Shown here one piece after another: positions 30,301 through 37,079 of a DNA stretch of 64,000 bases. Positions within the stretch are counted from its first letter, which is position 1; every line of letters starts with the position of its first letter. Position numbers and translations under genes: made by a program. Origin of the DNA: Gemmatimonadales bacterium (lineage in GTDB: Bacteria; Krumholzibacteriota; Krumholzibacteriia; LZORAL124-64-63); assembly GCA_019038745.1 (NCBI GenBank), contig JAHOYV010000005.1:4546-68545 (forward strand). Reading direction: 5' to 3'. Under the pieces are notes generated by a model. It was not told where the DNA came from. It ran no database searches and saw only the letters and a program-made list of their open reading frames with translations.

Positions 30301-30912
30301 GACGCCCAGGTTTCCTTGAACGGGATCGAAAAGTGGCGGATCTTCGGCGGAAAATCGGATGATCCTGACGGGGGTTGGTTCAAGGGATCGAACATGAGCC
30401 TAGGTTATAAGCAAACCAAGACCGTGATGGGGATGACCTCAGTCAGTAATGATCCCAAGACTACCACTTCGATTAATCCCCGTTGGACTGTAAATTTCCA
30501 CAACGGCATGACTGCAACCCTTACTTCCTCCATCGTCCGGGACAACGCCATGGGAAACGGGACCCTTACCGAATCGAATCGGCTCCGTTACGGATTGCAA
30601 CTCAAGCACCAGTTCCGCGCCCAGCGGCTCCTGGCAAAAATCGGGCTATACAGGCCCGGGGCCAATCCCACCATCACCATGGATGTGGACATCAACTACT
30701 CCCTGAACGAGAGTGTGCGCACCAGCCCCGAGAGTGAGCCCTCTGCGCCCACCGGAACCAGGCTATACGGCGTCACTCCCCGTTTCACGTATCAGGTCAG
30801 TCGGAATTTATCAAGTGGCATGAATTTAGGTTTCAACAAGACGTCCAATCTGGCCACTGGTGTGTCAAGTACCAAGATTAGCTTGGGTATGGAGGTGACT
30901 TTTGTCTTCTAG
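24325..30912 (+). CDS. sprA: SprA/Sov-like large outer-membrane translocon (T9SS-type); start may be 24334
   Basis: 2195 aa; G.IGEK..DHNS, IKLMY.G.EDEVI..IEAG, GLFGVK..GQVG, LRNIYSLG, DYEIDYTFGQI, KLGEEP, YLEDFE, HIDFGYISED, DTEDLNGN; terminal Phe. Confidence 0.85.
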   Translation: MLVMRQGIPVNRDLKRGSTPNAGRLWLATTLLHLFSLLAILLFQFMIPVSVLADPAYEGLLLYGLDPVLKSTEDPRLLGVERMLMRERLARLGIDPVRDRGLRPGMYSVFLKSWRSKSRVDLVRQEQVIEYNGVLGLMTVIEYPTYFFLFPTRQVLAGGFVYYPPRPIDDPVVNLFIDELDGGQVRSQAVKRRLTWDKSLNLLGSGAAGSGDKSINLTIPIKLPRTLEKIIGRGEKTRIKISGREHISIGGESTVVDPFIPNERISKPSYFPSLDMKQELNVNLSGTIGEKIILEVDHNSEAFGADGTQIKLMYRGLEDEVINTIEAGDVGLTLPNSNLLGYNSSESGLFGVKVTGQVGRADFTVVASKQKAEASSKTFNSSGGSMEDIEIPSYRYLNNRFFFLDLPGLDSPGRGGGSGYENYSIDPTSIRVYKQMGAGTYGVNDIRNVAVYLDDTGLFDPLDFDDPYFYSKRWRLVPVETMLDQLGNLVAIDLRQQMERESMLAVVYQLTDGAGGLVKVGDIPGLDEANRHEIEGESYYRMKLLKASDADKESYTFRYVLRNIYSLGGARIDPASFELKIERVDAGAAHPDQDENGIPYIQIFGLDKNDGAKGPPDGLADKTDTYIFDLQKGLLKFPLNFPEPFNASRTQYEGYANDERFVWDNSFLKKHPAPGLYDPEVNQTHYDEYGYFKLIASHASVASSFSLGASNIEEGSEVVTLDGRTLVRDTDYEIDYTFGQITLKGDNAILTPSSQIAVNFSYAPFMGGGKSSLMGFNLGYDIGQGSKLSTTWLYQSEAIVGEKAKLGEEPSRTLVGNVNFMHTFKPYVLTHVANFISRRDSEKESTVQLSGELAASLPNSNTMDRAYLEDFEGVDASDIISLTRGSWFWASAPEAYADTLDLSTKFEPVDRVPTVRWFLPRERVLRRYLNPDLEGQERDETQSSMDIYLQADSDGEWGQQNWGGIMRGISRMGLDLSRSQFLEFWVNDSVVDSTQRSGRLHIDFGYISEDGFWPILPDGELETGTYQREDGMIKIEDREGGAFIQEEDGVFIHEEDIGLGGDEWDSQRYSAAFDYDGEVDYSGPNSPFPGINGTARNQQEDTEDLNGNLVLDTENTYFSTVIDLRHTEAFVDVLRDYPSSQVADLIDEGHAWRKYRIPLTSDEVKIVSGDGLSEPNIEAVTHVRIWFEDSAGKRNTVNLQLSELRFLGSRWQREGIRLASDESLLLPGDIELLPHEEFFLGEANNKENPDYRLDPPPFEIPVLNGIEEKEQSILLDFQELKVGHMVRAGKQVSPRGDDYTRYRDMSWYWYNPLEANKDLGLFFRVGSDSLNYYEVSYKFADDNAHTGWKSVKIDLAKLADVKNRFPDPATGYIHSTIPDIFTGQDYNVRVVGVPDLRVVKRYFFGVVNNGPSELAASGYIYFNDVKLEGVKRDMGMARQAAIRLGMADVLTVDLRWNDRDAEFHGLDALQGSGINHDSWNFSTNFKVEDFIPILGFKLPVQINKGVDTRKPKYQINSDVEIFEDSVRDSLTTRDIQESFSTRLHHTPSKAALLRYMVDPWQLTISGSRSQKTSPLERSKQNNLQGSLKYNLRIPGKRKLGDFPLLGSIPVVRGVALFPEKVEVAGSFTSTNNSSVAIDIDGTEIPRAPNKRRPGALKGSMDYKPNPMLAVSFSGDSDRDLMHDNLLYGLNIGRENSRKYSTRSTITMPKPKDISQARIMYPVRQAVRGLNSLRPSLQFTGSFSDVSLPPDLLLEGEDPETHSMSNDGSWDLRLTFPFGDMVKSILPEKKYSDKERSKLLEEQRRHEARDTHRRGPGAQTDLGASSPGSGGKGGEEEELTPEEQLRREEERLLQEAEDRKFEEQDRRGTPLEEGVEEDEGGGPRISLPNPLTLFLNTLRSTKPIKLTLTSRKSSSYGRTPGQATFWYQAGLDPSLDIPESDVNVFVFQDRKNLSMSTSTKVVRSLSLDLKYATDRATNEKLGTFSRDYKQEWPDAQVSLNGIEKWRIFGGKSDDPDGGWFKGSNMSLGYKQTKTVMGMTSVSNDPKTTTSINPRWTVNFHNGMTATLTSSIVRDNAMGNGTLTESNRLRYGLQLKHQFRAQRLLAKIGLYRPGANPTITMDVDINYSLNESVRTSPESEPSAPTGTRLYGVTPRFTYQVSRNLSSGMNLGFNKTSNLATGVSSTKISLGMEVTFVF

Positions 30913-30919
30913 GATAAAT

Positions 30920-31870
30920 ATGCAAAGTGGGCTTCGGTGGTTTTGCTTGATGGGGGTTCAGGTCGGACTATTGCTCGGTCTGTCGTCTCCTGTAACAGCA
31001 GGGAAAGTTCCCGATCCGCCGGAGTTCTCCGGGGAGCGATCCATGGAATTGCTGGTTGGTCAATGTGAATTGGGGCCCCGGACACCGGGATCGCCTGGAA
31101 ATCGGCGCTTGCAGGAATGGATCCTCGATATGGCCGCCTCTTCCGGGCTGACTGCCAAGCGGCAATGTTTTATGACTGACGATCCCATGGGCAGTGGTCG
31201 GATCGAGGTCTGTAATATCGTGGTCTCAACTCGGACGGGGAACCTGGAGGGGAGGTTGTGGTTGGGGGCCCACTTCGACACACGTCCGGTGTCCGATCTG
31301 GATCCGGATCCCTCCCAACGGGAAAAGCCGTTGATCGGCGCCAACGATGGGGCCAGCGGAGTGGCGGTTTTGCTGCATCTCATGGAGATTCTGGGCCGAC
31401 AACCACCGGAAGTGGGAGTGGATTTGCTCTTTTTCGATGCCGAAGACTCAGGTCACCCCGGGTCACCCGAGGAATTTTGTCTCGGAAGTCGTCATCTGGC
31501 GGAAACCCTGCAGGATTTTTCAAACCCATTAGTGGGTATCAAGCCCCGCGGCTTGATCCTGCTGGACATGATAGGTAAAGAAGATTTGCGTGTTCCCATG
31601 GAAGGGTACTCCCTGCGCTATGCTCCCGCCTGGACCCAAGGGATTTTCACCCGGGCCCTTGAACTCGGGCTGCCTGCTTTTGTTGCCGAGCCGGGACCCT
31701 CGATTTACGATGACCACGTTCCCTTTCTGGGCAAAGGTATTCCGGCAGTGGACCTGATCGACTTTGATTTTCCTCAATGGCATACTACCGGTGATGTTCC
31801 GTCCGTTTGTTCCCCGGCCAGCCTGGAACAAGTGGGCCGGCTGCTGGTCAGCCTGATATACGAGCCGTAA
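30920..31870 (+). CDS. M28-family metallopeptidase / glutaminyl cyclase-like, exported
   Basis: GAHFDTRP, GANDGASG, FDAED, LLDMIG, DDHVPF, WHT. Confidence 0.88.
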   Translation: MQSGLRWFCLMGVQVGLLLGLSSPVTAGKVPDPPEFSGERSMELLVGQCELGPRTPGSPGNRRLQEWILDMAASSGLTAKRQCFMTDDPMGSGRIEVCNIVVSTRTGNLEGRLWLGAHFDTRPVSDLDPDPSQREKPLIGANDGASGVAVLLHLMEILGRQPPEVGVDLLFFDAEDSGHPGSPEEFCLGSRHLAETLQDFSNPLVGIKPRGLILLDMIGKEDLRVPMEGYSLRYAPAWTQGIFTRALELGLPAFVAEPGPSIYDDHVPFLGKGIPAVDLIDFDFPQWHTTGDVPSVCSPASLEQVGRLLVSLIYEP

Positions 31871-32064
31871 TCAAGGATTGGAAATGCTGATTTGTGATAA
31901 TCCGGGCTAAACTATCCGTGGGATCGGTCGAAAATTCTCCAAGCGGCTGTTGAAACTTTGGGTTTGACTGCAAGTGCCGGCCAGGGTTACCGCGTTCCGC
32001 TAATTTACAAGGTATTGGAGCCAATCATCGCCGTTCAGGGCGAACGTGGAAAAAGGAGTGGGGA

Positions 32065-32739
32065 ATGATCACGACTTGTACACATTGCAAAGCCAGGTAT
32101 CGGTTGGATGGGGACAAGGTTCCCCAACGCATGATCCGCGTTCGTTGCCCGGGTTGCAGCGGTGTTTTCCATCTGGATGGCAAGGCCCGTGAGCAGGAGT
32201 TACCGGTTGCGGATCCGCCATCTGATTTTGTAACAGGCTTCCAAACCGGTGCAAGTTCCATGTCGTATTCAGAATCTACGGCTCAGGGTTCTGCGGAAGT
32301 ACCGCCGAGTATGGACGCACCAGAGCCGGCACCACAACCCATTACAGGGACTCCCCTTGACTTGGATACCGCTTCCCCGATTACAACCCCCGCTGAGCCA
32401 GTTGCACCGGTTGCACCAGTTGCACCGGCCGGATTGGCCACTCCATTGGATGTCCCAGCTGCTTCGGTCGCGCCCGTACTGTCAGTTCCAGCCGCCCGGC
32501 GTAGGCGCCCCAAGGAAGAGATGCTGGCCAGGGCCCTAGTTTCCGACATTCTGGTTTACAATCGTGAACAGCGAGATGCTGCCATTGCCGAGGGAAATCT
32601 GGTCGAGGCCATGGGACCTGAGATCAAGAAGTCATGGGAACTTTACAAGGAGAAGGTTACTCCGGAAGTGGCCAACACCAATGACTACTTTCGCGAGGCA
32701 CTGAACGATATCCTGGCCGAGGGCAATAAAGTCTTCTAA
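32065..32739 (+). CDS. MJ0042-type zinc-ribbon protein with Pro/Ala linker and RomX-like C-terminal domain
   Basis: CxxC...VRCxxC; C-terminal LARALVSDILVYN...WELYKEKV...YFREALNDIL; AAGGAG RBS. Confidence 0.75.
   Translation: MITTCTHCKARYRLDGDKVPQRMIRVRCPGCSGVFHLDGKAREQELPVADPPSDFVTGFQTGASSMSYSESTAQGSAEVPPSMDAPEPAPQPITGTPLDLDTASPITTPAEPVAPVAPVAPAGLATPLDVPAASVAPVLSVPAARRRRPKEEMLARALVSDILVYNREQRDAAIAEGNLVEAMGPEIKKSWELYKEKVTPEVANTNDYFREALNDILAEGNKVF
32398..32427 (+). repeat. 9-bp coding tandem repeat (PVA x3)
   Basis: CCAGTTGCA CCGGTTGCA CCAGTTGCA CCG. Confidence 0.8.
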
Positions 32740-32754
32740 ATTTGGAAATTGCAC

Positions 32755-32786
32755 GAAAAAAGCCCGGTCACCACCGGGCTCTTTTC
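32755..32786. terminator. Bidirectional terminator
   Basis: GAAAAA-AGCCCGGT-cacc-ACCGGGCT-CTTTTC between convergent genes. Confidence 0.85.
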
Positions 32787-32799
32787 GTACCCAATGGCG

Positions 32800-33240
32800 T
32801 CAGTCTTTCCATTTGTTCTGGCTGATTTCGGCCAGAATATCATCAATCTGTTGCCGAACCCGAATATTGTGATCCGGTTCGAACAGGGCTTGTTTTACCC
32901 GACCCTGATCGTCCTTTTTCACGTAGCGAAGGGATTGCAGGTCCTCCATGGACATCAGAATGTCCTTGCTGACCCTCACCTCAAGGGATTGTCCATCCTG
33001 GTTTTTGCTTGGGTTGTGAAAAGGGTGCATCCCGTTGCCCCAACCATGAACGACCATGGAGCAGAGCAAGGCCCGGAAAGTGTTCTGACCCTGGACCGTA
33101 TCCAAATCGAAATTCCCGCCTACTTTTTCGGTAACACTGTCGATAACGGCGCAAAGCTTCAACTGGATGGATTCGTCCACCTCCAACTGGAGGAGGCGTT
33201 CGAACATGGTCTTGAGGATCTTGTCGGTATTCGTGGTCAT
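32800..33240 (-). CDS. Hypothetical soluble protein (146 aa)
   Basis: GGGAG RBS, protein-like composition, ends at the shared terminator; no family recognised. Confidence 0.7.
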   Translation of the reverse strand: MTTNTDKILKTMFERLLQLEVDESIQLKLCAVIDSVTEKVGGNFDLDTVQGQNTFRALLCSMVVHGWGNGMHPFHNPSKNQDGQSLEVRVSKDILMSMEDLQSLRYVKKDDQGRVKQALFEPDHNIRVRQQIDDILAEISQNKWKD

Positions 33241-33352
33241 TTTTGGCTCCCGAGGCGAAGATTTTCACGCCGTATTCCTGGTGTTTAACAGACGTGGTTC
33301 CGGGGACAAAATATGAAGAATTCAAACTCCAAGTTAGGTCCAGGATTTCCAA

Positions 33353-33368
33353 TGCAAAATGCTTGCCT
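33353..33368 (-). promoter_or_regulatory. Candidate sigma-54 promoter for the orphan gene
   Basis: Minus strand AGGCAAGCATTTTGCA = GG-N10-GC with TTGCA. Confidence 0.45.
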
Positions 33369-33483
33369 GGAATAGCGCCATTGAAAAATTTCTTCAATTT
33401 CTTGCCAGATTTATTCTGCGCCATCTCTTGTCCACCGTTTCGGCGCTTGGTAGCAAGAACAAATTGGGGTTTCGAACTTGGCG

Positions 33484-33498
33484 TGGCACAGCCCTTGC
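33484..33498 (+). promoter_or_regulatory. Sigma-54 promoter upstream of MglA-like gene
   Basis: TGGCAC-AGCCC-TTGC, exact match to TGGCAC-N5-TTGC. Confidence 0.75.
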
Positions 33499-33571
33499 GG
33501 AACTACCGTATTCGGTGATTGACCCGATTGACGGGCTGGAATTTTACCGCAGATGCAAAGGACGGAAAGAC

Positions 33572-34408
33572 TTGTCCCAGACTTCCACAACAGCTACCAG
33601 GACTTGTCGCCTAATGTATTATGGGCCAATTGGTTCTGGTAAACGGGAGAACCTGCGACTGATTCACCAGTCCCTTCCTCCTGATCAGCTTCTGAATCTG
33701 GCTCCTGGTGATCCTGAGCGACAAATTGCCTTCCGTTTTCAGCGGGAAGGCGAGCAGGATTGGCAAGTTCTCGTTCAGGCTGTGGACACCGGGTCTGAGC
33801 GTTTCCGCGGAGCGGGAATGCCGGAAGAACCTCCATTTGACGGGGTTGTGTTCGTAGTACATTCAGGGGCATCCCTGCTGGATCAAAGCCTAGCCTCTCA
33901 GGAAGGGTTGAAGGCCTTTCTTGATTCATGGGGACAGGATTTGATGAGTATCCCGGTGATTATTCAATACAACTGCCGCGAAGAAGGCCAGGTTTTGGCG
34001 GTTGATCGTCTGGAAAACCTGCTCAACCCATGGGGCCTGCTTTCATTTCCCGCCAGCAGCAAGCGGGGAGAGGGAGTCCGGGAAACACTTAAGGCGATTC
34101 TTGGACTCACCGTAAACCATTTGAATCAGAAGATCACTGCTCCGGAAGTCGAGCAGATTCAAGTAGCCGACGCACCCATTCTCGGATTCGAGGAAACCGC
34201 CTCTCAACAAGACAGGGAAGACGGTTTGGCTCTTGATTACGGCCCGCCCCTGCCGGGAACGGAGATTGGGGAAGATACTCATGCTCGTGGTGATCAGATT
34301 TTTGACGAACTTCGGCCTCCGGTTGTCGTTCCCGTCACAATTCCCCGTCGTCTGCTGCGGGGCGATGGCCCGGTGCGCATCCTGTTGGAAATAGAGGTCC
34401 AGGACTGA
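33572..34408 (+). CDS. MglA-family small-GTPase-like protein with degenerate G-boxes and a C-terminal extension
   Basis: CRLMYYGPIGSGKRENL, DGVVFVVHS, PVIIQYNCRE, LNPWG, GEGVRETLKAI; TTG start chosen downstream of the promoter. Confidence 0.75.
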   Translation: MSQTSTTATRTCRLMYYGPIGSGKRENLRLIHQSLPPDQLLNLAPGDPERQIAFRFQREGEQDWQVLVQAVDTGSERFRGAGMPEEPPFDGVVFVVHSGASLLDQSLASQEGLKAFLDSWGQDLMSIPVIIQYNCREEGQVLAVDRLENLLNPWGLLSFPASSKRGEGVRETLKAILGLTVNHLNQKITAPEVEQIQVADAPILGFEETASQQDREDGLALDYGPPLPGTEIGEDTHARGDQIFDELRPPVVVPVTIPRRLLRGDGPVRILLEIEVQD

Positions 34409-34494
34409 CGATTTCAATTTATTGGTACGCGAAAGTTGTCGAGCTGCCGGCTACCGAGTTGACCCTGCCAGGGGTCCTGATGTAGATTTGTCCC

Positions 34495-35370
34495 ATGGAA
34501 AAATCCTCCTCCCGATCCGAACAAGGCTCCAATGGGGCAGCGCATAGTGACGAGCTCTTTCAGTCCGGTCGCCGGGCCGAACAGGCCGGGCATCTGGATG
34601 AAGCACGGCGATCCTACGAGCTTGGGCTCTCCTACGCGGGGGACCACCATGTTTGGCAATACCGCCTAGGCTGCGTGTTCCTCAAGCTGGATGTTCCCGA
34701 AATGGCCGAGCCATGCTTTCGACAAGCCCTTGAAGGCAACTCTTCCCGGGCGGCCTACTGGGCAAACCTGGGCTTGGCCCTGGATCGTCAGGGCTGCCGA
34801 GAGGAATCCATCCGGGCCTACCGCAAAGCTTCTCTTCAGGAGGGTGGGAGCGCTGTTGCCTGCCACAACCTGGGGTCCATCTACGCGGAGGAGGGTAGGA
34901 CGGAGGAAGCAATCCGATTTTATGAAGAAGCGATCTCCCTGGAGCCGGATGCCGAAGGATATCTCAACCTGGGATTGGTCCATTTCGCGGCCGAGGATTT
35001 CAGCCGTGCGATGGCAAGTTTCGATCACTGTGTGGAAGCGGATCCCCTCTTTGCCCTGGGTCACTACTATGCCGGCCTTTGCTTGATGAAGCGCGGTAAC
35101 TACGAACCCACCATTTCCAGGCTCGAGACAGCTTGGAAGTTGGATCCACGGCTGGTCCGGATCCCTTTCCACCTTGGCGTTTGTATGCACAAATTGCAGT
35201 GCTATGACCAGGCGAGAAATTTCCTGGAAAGGGCCCTGGAGTCCTTTCCCGAGGACGGTCGCCTACATTATCAAATGGCCTTGACCTGTGACGCAATGGG
35301 CTTGCCTCAGGACGCTCGCCAGCACTTCAGCCGATCCCGAGCTGCCTTCCAGGACGGTGGATCATCCTGA
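34495..35370 (+). CDS. Tetratricopeptide repeat protein
   Basis: About 7-8 TPR units (NLGxxY, A..Y..A..L.P). Confidence 0.88.
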   Translation: MEKSSSRSEQGSNGAAHSDELFQSGRRAEQAGHLDEARRSYELGLSYAGDHHVWQYRLGCVFLKLDVPEMAEPCFRQALEGNSSRAAYWANLGLALDRQGCREESIRAYRKASLQEGGSAVACHNLGSIYAEEGRTEEAIRFYEEAISLEPDAEGYLNLGLVHFAAEDFSRAMASFDHCVEADPLFALGHYYAGLCLMKRGNYEPTISRLETAWKLDPRLVRIPFHLGVCMHKLQCYDQARNFLERALESFPEDGRLHYQMALTCDAMGLPQDARQHFSRSRAAFQDGGSS

Positions 35371-35375
35371 CCGCA

Positions 35376-36203
35376 ATGGAGCCCCTCAGCCGGGTTCATG
35401 TCCTGGCCAAGGCAATGCGTCTGCATAACGGACTGGCCTGTGCTTTGATTCTGTGGGTTGGGCGGTCGCGGGTGGAGGGTTCAACGGTAGAAATAAATGC
35501 AATCGCCGGGGTTGCTGTTGTCCTGCTCAGTTCCGCCGCCCATTTGGTTAATGATTTGCTGGATTTCGGGGCCGACCGCGCCAACAGGCCTGATCGAGCC
35601 CTGCCTGCGGGTCTTTTGAGCGCTGCGGATCTGCGGAGAGCGGCCCTGTCCACCTGGTTGGCAGGCATGATTCTCGGGGTAGTTGTGATCCCGGAATGGA
35701 CGGCCTGGTGGCTTGTTTGGGGACTGGCTGGTCCTGGTTATTCCCTGATTGCCAAGGGACGAAGTTGGTTGGCGCCCATCTGGACCGCGATCGTCATCGC
35801 GAGTTGCTGGGCGGCCGGGGCCTTGGAGGGCGGTCTGCGCCTGCTGGATGTTCCGGTTTTTGCAGGGATGGTTCTGTACCTGGTTTTCCGGGAAAGAGTA
35901 AAAGCTCTTGAGGATTCCCCTGGAGATGTTTTGGCCGGGCACAGGGCCATGACTTGTACTTTCTCGGGAACGCCTCTGGGGGTTCTGTGTTTGGGAGCGA
36001 CTCTGGTGCCGTTCGGGGTCTGGCTGGCCTATTCAGGATCAGGGCTCCTTGTACATTTGGCAGCGCTGTTGTTCCTTGCCTGCCTTGTTGGGGGAGGATG
36101 GTCACTTTTGAATCCGAGGCCACGGGTGCCTCATTTGGCGGGATCGCTTTTGAAAGTCGGGGCCTTCGCAGGAGTCACTTTACTCTGGATCGTCGTTCCA
36201 TGA
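35376..36203 (+). CDS. UbiA-family prenyltransferase, DGGGP-synthase-like
   Basis: NDLLDFGADRANRPDRALPAG and RERVKALEDSPGD motifs; multi-TM. Confidence 0.8.
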   Translation: MEPLSRVHVLAKAMRLHNGLACALILWVGRSRVEGSTVEINAIAGVAVVLLSSAAHLVNDLLDFGADRANRPDRALPAGLLSAADLRRAALSTWLAGMILGVVVIPEWTAWWLVWGLAGPGYSLIAKGRSWLAPIWTAIVIASCWAAGALEGGLRLLDVPVFAGMVLYLVFRERVKALEDSPGDVLAGHRAMTCTFSGTPLGVLCLGATLVPFGVWLAYSGSGLLVHLAALLFLACLVGGGWSLLNPRPRVPHLAGSLLKVGAFAGVTLLWIVVP

Positions 36204-36266
36204 GAATTGTGGTTTTCCGGGATTACATCTGGGTCGATTTACCAATACCAATGGGGAGAAGGCATC

Positions 36267-37055
36267 TTGACTGAACAGTTGAACATGATTCTGCTGGCGA
36301 TAATCCAGGGGTTGACCGAGTTCCTTCCCGTAAGCAGTTCGGGGCACTTGGTTCTTGGGCAGCACCTGTTGGGCTTCCGGCAAGGCGATGTGTTTTTTGA
36401 CGTCGTGCTGCATTGTGGAACTTTGGGCTCGGTGCTGATCATTTATCGCCGAGAGCTGTTGCGCCTGCTCCGTTTCGATGGCCCTTCGGTGAAGTACATC
36501 CTCTGCCTGGGTGTGGGCACCTTGCCGGCGGTTTTGGTGGGTCTATTGGCCAAGGACTTCATAATGAGTCTTTTTCATTCCCCACTGGCGGCCGGTTTTG
36601 GGCTGCTAGTAACGGCCGGAGCCCTTTTTTCCACGCGATGGCGCTATCGGACGGCTGGTGGGGTCCAAGAGGTCTGGGAGCCGCGTCCTTTTCATCCGGC
36701 CAAGGCTTTGGTAATAGGAATGGCCCAGGCTCTGGCCATCATGCCTGGACTTAGTCGTTCCGGAATGACAATCACAGCTTCAATATGGATCGGCTTGGCC
36801 CGGGCAGAGGCGGCTCGGTTCAGCTTTTTACTTTCCATTCCCGCGATTGCCGGAGCCTTGGTTCTGCAGTTGGTCGAGGGAGTGCCGGTTAATCCCAACC
36901 AGGTATTGGTTCTGATCGGCGCCGCCGTAGTTTCCTGCTTGGTTGGATTGCTGGCCCTGCGTTGGACCACCCTGGCGGTAATCCAGGCTCATTTCTGGAA
37001 ATTCGGGATCTATTGCCTAGTCCTTGGTTTGGTCACGATCTTTATACTGGGCTGA
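36267..37055 (+). CDS. uppP: Undecaprenyl-diphosphate phosphatase
   Basis: QGLTEFLPVSSSGH, PGLSRSG, AARFSFLLSIP. Confidence 0.96.
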   Translation: MTEQLNMILLAIIQGLTEFLPVSSSGHLVLGQHLLGFRQGDVFFDVVLHCGTLGSVLIIYRRELLRLLRFDGPSVKYILCLGVGTLPAVLVGLLAKDFIMSLFHSPLAAGFGLLVTAGALFSTRWRYRTAGGVQEVWEPRPFHPAKALVIGMAQALAIMPGLSRSGMTITASIWIGLARAEAARFSFLLSIPAIAGALVLQLVEGVPVNPNQVLVLIGAAVVSCLVGLLALRWTTLAVIQAHFWKFGIYCLVLGLVTIFILG

Positions 37056-37079
37056 GGGCCGGTTGGGTAGTTGGCCGAC

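Noticed and set aside
33359..33571. 71-aa N-terminal extension of the MglA-like ORF in the track
   Set aside because: It overlaps the promoter region; family similarity begins only after 33572.
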